Shown one piece after another: positions 56,679 to 64,000 of a stretch of DNA of 64,000 bases. The stretch spans positions 125,922,001 to 125,986,000 of the forward strand of contig OZ024745.1 in assembly GCA_964016885.1 (NCBI GenBank), in the 5' to 3' direction. Position 1 is the stretch's first letter; each line of letters starts with the position of its first letter. The notes beneath the pieces are model-generated. The model ran no database searches. It was not told where the DNA came from and saw nothing but the letters and a program-made list of their open reading frames with translations. The position numbers and the translations under genes are program-made. The stretch is from Eledone cirrhosa (taxonomy: Eukaryota).

Positions 56679-57122
56679 TGACAAAGGGCGAAAGAACTCA
56701 TAAGAAGCAACGGCCATCCGAAAGTGTGTAAATATGTATATGCACATGTACATATATATATGTATGTGTGTATTTACATGGGTACATGTGTATGTATATA
56801 CGCGGGGACATAGAAATAGTCGGGCTGGACACCCGATCGTGCGGTTAAACCACTGGGATTGAAGGACCCCTAGCTTTTGTCAGGGCATTCTTCTAGGAGA
56901 AGGGAACCCAGGAAACTGGGATAACTCCGATATAAAACCTGCGGCTCAGTAGTTACCGATGATGTTGATCTTTTCTCCTTTGTGGGTTATAGCTACTGTC
57001 GCTCAGAGAGTGCGATTAAAAAATATCTTCACGCACAGGCATTGCACGATAGAATTAATTAATAATTATTAATAATGTTATATCGTGCAATGGCCATACT
57101 CGATGACGAGGGGGCAGCCATC
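56679..57122 (+). mobile_element. Non-autonomous RTE-related retroposon, copy 2
   Basis: Homologous to 7717-8185; followed by (TATG)n. Confidence 0.75.
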
Positions 57123-57289
57123 ATGTATGTATGTATTAATGCATACATGTATGTATGAATGTATGTACTGTATATATGTATGTACTGTATATATGTATGT
57201 ATGAATGCATACTTGTAAGTATTTATGAATGCATGTTTGTAAGTATGTATGTAGGTAGGTATGAATGCATATATGTATGTATATATGTA

Positions 57290-57635
57290 TGAAGGAAAAC
57301 TCTGATATAACACCTGCAACCCTGATGGTATCCAATGATGTTGACATGTTCTTCTTTTTGGTAAATATCATCTTCGTTAAGAGAGTGGGACTGGCTTTGT
57401 GCAGTGCCTTTTCTCACTATAAAAGCTTCACGGCACAGGCATTACTATATATCTGGAGATCTCTGCACTTGTCGTCACATGATACCATGGGCCCAGCACT
57501 GTGTGTCAATAATTGTCACAAGTGTAGTGTTTGTACCAGAGTTTTCAAGTCACACTCGTTCAGCGCATCGGTAGGGGTTCTCCTACATGGACATAAAGTA
57601 GTGGCCGTACTCGAAAACGAGTTGGCAGCCACCAT
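57290..57635 (+). mobile_element. Bipartite RTE-derived element (UTR-like part plus C2H2-coding 3' end)
   Basis: Its 5' part resembles 56915-57045; its 3' part encodes HKCSVCTRVFKSH and matches 59530-59735. Confidence 0.7.
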
Positions 57636-58210
57636 GTATATATGTATGCATGCATGCATGTATGTATGTATGTATGCATGCATCTATATATGCATGCATA
57701 TATGTATGTATGTATATATGTGTGCATGCTTGTATGTATGCTTGCATGTTTGTATGTATGCATATATACATGTATGCATGCATGCATGCATGTATGTATG
57801 TAAACATGTATGTATATATGTGTGTGTATGTCTCTCTATATACATTGACTCAGGTATAGCCGTACAATCATAAACGCCCCGAACAGGATCCCAGTTTTGA
57901 CAAAGCTTCGGCTTGTGAGTGAAAATTGGGTGGACAGATATGAGCAAGCCATTAAGATGGATTTTACCTATAACACGAAACACATGTATCAAGATTCTTG
58001 TGACTGAAGCTTATATTAAGGCTACACGTCTTTGTGGAATACTCAGCCTTTGTGGTAAAATTGAATGAGCAGCAATTTCATACGTTGGCGCAACTTGAGT
58101 ACCGATCTGAGAAACCGACGGAGATCCATTAACTTCTACGTAGTAGTTGGTGATTAGTTATGTATATATATACATATATGTGTATGTATATATGTATATA
58201 TATATATACA

Positions 58211-58268
<58 letters not shown>

Positions 58269-58295
58269 TGTGTATGTATATATGTATATATATAT

Positions 58296-58354
<59 letters not shown>

Positions 58355-58382
58355 TGTGTATGTATATATGTATATATATACA

Positions 58383-58468
<86 letters not shown>

Positions 58469-58482
58469 CATACATATGTATG

Positions 58483-58531
<49 letters not shown>

Positions 58532-59248
58532 TGTATATATATATGTGTGTGTGTGTGTATGTGTGTATGTATTACGTATGTATTGGAATATATATTTCTC
58601 TGTGTGTGTATGTGTGCTGCCAGAAGTTATTAACGAACCTGTCTACAAGCAATATTAAAACATCATCCTTTGTTGTTTATCATCCCACTTCAAGACATCT
58701 TATATGCGAGTCCCCACCCTTGTCTGGGGACGAAACCTTTCTCGTATTCAACATTACGTAAACATTATCTCGATGGGAGGGTCATCAAAACTGTAGTCAT
58801 CTTTAAATTGTTTGTTTTTATCTCCCCTTTCCTTTTATTTATTTCTCTTCTCTTTGTTCTCTGCCTCATTTGTCTCTCGTCAACCTCCCTCTGCCTTCTC
58901 TATTCCTTTCCTACCTACCCATCCTACTAGTTCTCGTGTATCCCATCGAGGAGTACATTCTATACATTGAATGAGCATGGAAGGTGAAGGAAGGTGGAAT
59001 GAGAAGTTAGAGGAGATTAGTAGAAAATAGAAGAAAGAAGGAGAGAAAAGGAGCAAAGAAAGTAGAAAGAACATTTTCTTTAGAAAGAATATAAAACGGG
59101 AAATTGGGGAGAAAGGAGCAGCAGGAGATGTGAAAAATAATATTCAGAAGACAAAGAAGTTTAAAAGAAAAGTAAGGAAAGCGACAAGCTACCATGAAGG
59201 TCTCCATATATATCAGATGTGAGAAAAACCACAAACCCTCCAGCTCAA

Positions 59249-59292
59249 TTCTACTTTTGAAAAGCAGAAGAACTGCGAAACGGGTAAAGGAA
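59249..59292 (+). ncRNA. Minimal type I HHR with UUGAAAA core (U3-A8)
   Basis: CTT-TTGAAAA-GCAG-aagaa-CTGC-GAAA-CGGG-TA-AAG; ~65 nt upstream of a long (TA)n tract. Confidence 0.55.
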
Positions 59293-59356
59293 CCAAATAA
59301 ATATTTTTTTTTTAAAATAAAGACTCCAGTTTCATTTTCGATTTCATCTCTTTTCG

Positions 59357-59490
<134 letters not shown>

Positions 59491-59529
59491 ATATATAAGT
59501 CGTTTTGGAAGCCTTAACAATGGAGAGAA

Positions 59530-59732
59530 TCAGGCATTGCTTTATATCTGGAGATCTCCCTTTACTTGTCGTCACATGGTACCATGGGCCCAGCACTATG
59601 TGTCAATAATTGTCACAAGCGTAGTGTTTGTACCAGAGTTTTCAAGTTAATGGCTGGACTAAAAAGTCACACTCGTAGGGGTTCAGTAGGGGTTCTCCTA
59701 CATGGCCGTATTCGAAAACGAGTTGGCAGCCA

Positions 59733-59735
<3 letters not shown>
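59530..59735 (+). mobile_element. RTE-type 3' end fragment
   Basis: HKRSVCTRVFKLMAGLKSHTR (decayed C2H2 finger typical of RTE C-termini), then GAGTTGGCAGCCACC(AT)n. Confidence 0.7.
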
Positions 59736-59768
<33 letters not shown>

Positions 59769-60049
59769 AATTAAGTTATATATATACCTGTTAAATGTTC
59801 GTATTGAAAAAGGAAGCTGAGTAATGCAATTTTCGTAGGATTTTATATATATATATAGAGAGAGAGAGAGATTCACTCCGGAAATATTTCAAAACCCTAG
59901 ACATAGACAGCGACTGCGAACTAATTATACCCCATAAAAAAGGGGCAGTTAATATCTAGCAAAGTTTCAAAAATTAATTGACATGTTCAAGGACGTTCTC
60001 CTTAAAACTCCCTTTAGAAAATCATGTCAGCCGGCCTCGTACAGGAACG

Positions 60050-60226
60050 TGTGTTCTTATCATTAAATGAGTTAAAGTTGTTGGAGAGACGTGCCTGAAA
60101 TATTGTGGATTTGTCTCTAATACAGATGTGCCTTGATCTATGGGTAGCAACCATACATTTATATACGATGTTTCTAGCCAGGCAGTTGTTTTACAGCAGA
60201 CATTCACTCTTACGGCAATTACAGGA
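60050..60226 (-). pseudogene. Penelope-like (Naiad-type) Cys-linker/GIY-YIG endonuclease fragment, absent from the ORF track
   Basis: Manual translation gives SCNCRKSECLL*NNCLARNIVYKCMVATHRSRHICIRDKSTIFQARLSNNFNSFNDKN, matching the CNCR..CPL..C..NIVY..YIG..F.AR..NH..SF pattern. Confidence 0.8.
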
Positions 60227-60759
60227 TCGATACTTCACACCCCTTGCGGGTTACCAAGTGTTATTGTCTGTATCCTTTCTACAAACCGAATAAAGCTCTC
60301 GACCAGACGTTATTAAACAAACATAAATAATTAACCAATCAATAGAATTGTCTAATTAAATTAATTAATTAATCATTAAGTCTAGGAGATAATAATACAA
60401 ATGGGAGTTCAGTTAAATCGAAGCTCTGATGTATATATGTGTGTGTGTGTGTGTGTGTTTGAATGCATGTGTAAACGTGAAATTGAAACAACAAAACAAA
60501 CACCGTATAATGAAAAAATATATTTAACACTTGATATTGTAGGGAATGACTCTTTACTTGATACATTTAATCAGTTGCACGTTTTAACACGAAGACTTAG
60601 ACCTTGGGTGATGTTAGCAATGCCCTCACCGTTGTAAGCTTTCTGGCAGGATATAGTTTGAGATTGTTTTTATCGCGCTCTCCAACAAATCTCAGTGCTC
60701 CTGAAAAGGTTCATTTCTCTTCTTAGCTAAACTCCGCCAGTTGCAGACTTAGCATCAGC

Positions 60760-61145
60760 ATGAGATATTTTTCTCGACAAAGTTCAATCACCTGCAGCAG
60801 AGTTGATAGAGCAAAAATCAAGTCCAGTCCATAAGTTGACAGTACCACGCCATCGTTTTGGCTGCCGGCCTCTGCTTCTCTTACTAGCCAACCTTCCTTC
60901 CAGGCATAACCTACTCACACCATGAGTTGATCTTTTTATATGACCGTACACACTTGACTTGACAATTGATGTAATTGGTCTAAGTATGGTAATGTTGAGC
61001 AGCTCACTGATACAGATATGGTCGCTGAGCCGCTTGCCAGTCATAAGTTTCATGATTTGGTTCTGAAATGTAGAGAGCTTCTGCAGTGACCTTGTCGTGC
61101 AATTAACACAGTCAATACCATATAACACAACTGGTAGGATGTAAG
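60760..61145 (-). pseudogene. RTE-like LINE, post-RT C-terminal fragment
   Basis: ILPVVLYG...KLSTFQNQIMK...YGHIKR...LEGRLASKRSRGRQPKRW. Confidence 0.8.
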
Positions 61146-61467
61146 TATCAAAGTATCATGGGCGCAGCTATTTCCTTCCAGAAAAAAAACAGTATAAGAG
61201 AAAGGAAAATTACATGATAGGACATGTTTTATCGATACCAGAATGCTGAAAGGCAGAGGTGACGAGATCTGAAAGGCAGATGACGAGATCTGAAATCAAA
61301 ATGAAAGAATTGGAACAAATACCACAATATATTCAACGCACTAACGATTTTGTAAATTAATCGATCAGTATAGTGGTAGCAATGCCATCGGTAAACTACT
61401 TAGTGGTGATCGTGTTGCTCTTTAGCTCCTGGTCGGCCCCTGACCTTCCACAACTATGTTTCTGTAG

Positions 61468-61707
61468 GTATATAATTGTTTCTACTTTTGGCACAAGACC
61501 AGTAATTAACCAGTGTATTACTGGTACTTTCTTTTATCGAAGCCTTAAGGATGAAAGGCAAAGTTAACCTCGCGGGATTCCATTCTGAGTTCAAATCCCG
61601 CCGAGGTTAACTTTGCCTTTCATCTTTACGGGGTCGATAAAATAAAGTACCAGTAATACACTGGATGTTTGTTGGCCTTCTGCCAAAAGTAGAAACAATT
61701 ATATACC
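61468..61707. mobile_element. Palindromic head-to-head SINE family 1 pair
   Basis: 61468-61573 is the reverse complement of ~61599-61707, including the GGTATATAATTG / CAATTATATACC flanks. Confidence 0.85.
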
Positions 61708-61793
61708 AGATTATATTATGTTAAATGTTCATTTTTTTAGTGCTGTAGTGTGTGCTTTGGGGGATATTTAACTACTTTTTCTAGGTGTTAGAG

Positions 61794-62101
61794 CAGAGTT
61801 CCTCAAAATAGGCGCTACCACCCCTCGGGGGGACGTCGAAGAGGTCCAAGGGGGCGCTGGTGCCTAAGGGAGTGTTGGTGGGGGTGAGGGGAGATATGAT
61901 ATAATAGTATATTAAATAAATGATACATATATATAAATATAGTAAAATAAAAAAATATATATTTATTTATACGTTATATATATATATATATATATATATA
62001 CATTATTTATTATATATATATATTTATATATATATATTTATTAAAATAACAGATTAAAGTTTAAGCAAAGAATCGCTGCTTTCAAAATTTGAGAACCTCT
62101 G
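61794..62101. mobile_element. hAT (Charlie-like) MITE with perfect 8-bp TSD, containing a (TA)n tract and a family G fragment (62035-62084)
   Basis: TGTTAGAG|CAGAGTTCCTCAAAAT...AATTTGAGAACCTCTG|TGTTAGAG. Confidence 0.88.
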
Positions 62102-62766
62102 TGTTAGAGGGATCGTGTAGACGCTCACACGTTGGTTTGTTAATGGTGTTGTTAATTGTTATTGAGTTGTTGATGTTCTTTCTTTAAGATGCTGATTGCT
62201 GGTATTGTACTGGCGCTAGAGATATAATGGTGGTTGTTGGAGATGACACTAGAAGTGATGATTTCTAGTGATGGTGGTAGTTGTGGTGATGGTGGTAGCT
62301 GGGGAGTGCGCTTGTTGTGAGGATGTCAAGGTCGACCTATCCTACTTGTACCAGACAACTATTTTTAGGATTGGATAACAGTAATTTTCATCATCAGAAA
62401 CACCTCTCACATCCCCAATCTCTCTATAGCAAAGATTCTCCCCTATCCCAAGAGGATCTCCCCCATCCTCACCCCACACACACACACATATACACAGTGA
62501 TACATGGAGACAGCAAAAAAATAAAAATAAATAAAAATAAGAGAGAGTGAGAGAGACAAACATACACACACATTTCCATGGATACATAGACATTATTTAG
62601 CTGTTTTTACATATATTTGTGGTAGGATACATGTCAGTTTATTGCAAGCTAGATTTTTTACTTGAAAGGAAATTAAGCTTTGCTTCAAGAAGTAAACTGA
62701 ACGACCGATAATGGTACAACCTCATAGTTTAATACACACACACACACACATTCGCACATATATACA

Positions 62767-62812
<46 letters not shown>

Positions 62813-63289
62813 TAGAAATTTTTTATTTTGGCATACATAGACTATTCTTATTTTTATTCTTTTATTCTATCTTATTTTATTTTTAAACCTTTTTTATAAT
62901 CATTTTAATATAATTTTATTTAATTTAATTTTATTTTATTTTATTTTATTAATACATTTTTACTCTTGTTAATCCAAGTTTTAGTATTTAAACCCAATAT
63001 CCCAGTTTTATATCTTAGACCTCTAATATTTGAATACCATCTATAATATTCGTATATCAATTTATTTTTTAGCCGTTATTTACAGCTGTTTTCATTTTGA
63101 GAGCGTTCCTGATCAAAAGTCTCACTCTCTCTTCCTTCTTTCTTTTTCCTTTTTTCCCCTCTTCTATTCCTTTTCCTTTTTCCCTTTTCTTTCCTTTTCT
63201 TCATTTTTCCTATTTTTCTCTTACTCGTATATTTTTGACTGGACACTTTCTTGTTGACAAGTTTTTTTAGGTCTCATATCATGTTACAT

Positions 63290-63359
63290 TATTTTATCTG
63301 ATGAGAACACAATTTTTATCCCAGGATGATGTTGTTTTCGAAATGCGCATAATAAAATA
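63290..63359 (+). ncRNA. Type I hammerhead ribozyme, apparently intact
   Basis: TATTTTAT-CTGATGA-GAACACAA-(19 nt)-TTGTTTTC-GAAA-TGCGCA-TA-ATAAAATA. Stem I 8 bp, palindromic ATGCGCAT stem III, AUA triplet; ~40 nt before (TA)n. Confidence 0.85.
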
Positions 63360-63391
63360 TATGGAACTTTTTTAATCATCTTTTAATTTCT

Positions 63392-63457
<66 letters not shown>

Positions 63458-63462
63458 ATAAA

Positions 63463-63946
63463 AGTATGTATACGTACATACATATATGTATACAGACGTA
63501 CAGTAGTATGTATATATACATACATGCACACATATATATATATGTACGTATGGGTTTACCGATCATTTATTATAATGTTCGGTTTGTTTGTAAACAAACA
63601 GCCCGAATTACGCGGTACAGTGCTCGGCAACCATCGACGCCCTTTCGTAAAACACTGTCACAGGAGCGATATACTAGTTTCAAGCTAATTAGCATCGTAA
63701 CCTTTCTGTCAGATGATTGAACGTCTGAAAGTATATACTTTCCTTATGCATATTAACGGCTGAGCAGCCTAATTTACATATCGAGTGAGTTAGTCGGCCG
63801 GGCATACCGAAAACGATAAATGGAAAAGAATGAAACGAAATTTCATTTCTCACTCTTAGTACGGCTGATACCTAAATATAAGTATGTATACGTACATACA
63901 TATATGTGTACGGACGCACAGTAGTATGTATATATATACATACATG

Positions 63947-63950
<4 letters not shown>
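63463..63950. mobile_element. Family F element, ~418-nt monomer with terminal direct repeat, between (TA)n tracts
   Basis: AGTATGTATACGTACATACATATATGT..CAGTAGTATG at 63463 and 63881. Confidence 0.75.

Positions 63951-64000
<50 letters not shown>

Noticed and set aside
60105-60293. + strand 62-aa ORF as a host exon
   Set aside because: Better explained as the antisense of the PLE endonuclease relic on the - strand.
63705-63745. CAGATGA...GAAAGTATATACTT as a + strand HHR
   Set aside because: Stems I and II do not pair; only the palindrome is solid.

Overview
AT-rich, microsatellite-saturated eukaryotic non-coding DNA. The SINE families and (TA)n/(CATA)n load suggest a coleoid cephalopod, probably Octopus (inference, not tested). 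No intact protein-coding gene is visible, and nearly all listed ORFs are microsatellite or minisatellite artefacts. The window holds >20 copies of one tRNA-derived SINE, a second SINE family, RTE- and R4/Dong-type LINE remnants, hAT/mariner/TTAA MITEs, a non-autonomous Helitron and a 52-bp SINE-derived minisatellite with a 9-mer higher-order duplication. The main signal is a dense set of Penelope-like element (PLE) remnants and short non-coding elements sitting in or against (TA)n tracts. They include an RT fragment, three GIY-YIG fragments, and short elements that are often folded back on themselves. These carry type I hammerhead ribozyme (HHR) folds from about a dozen unrelated sequence families. 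Some folds look intact (30498-30576 -, 63290-63359 +, 50944-51073 -, 1615-1660 +). Two short families are circularly permuted monomers (~311 and ~418 nt), as expected for retrozyme-like circular RNAs. Two non-canonical catalytic cores recur in independent copies: CAGAAGA (U4A) and UUGAAAA (U3-A8 covariation). All folds were assigned by eye and none was tested for activity.
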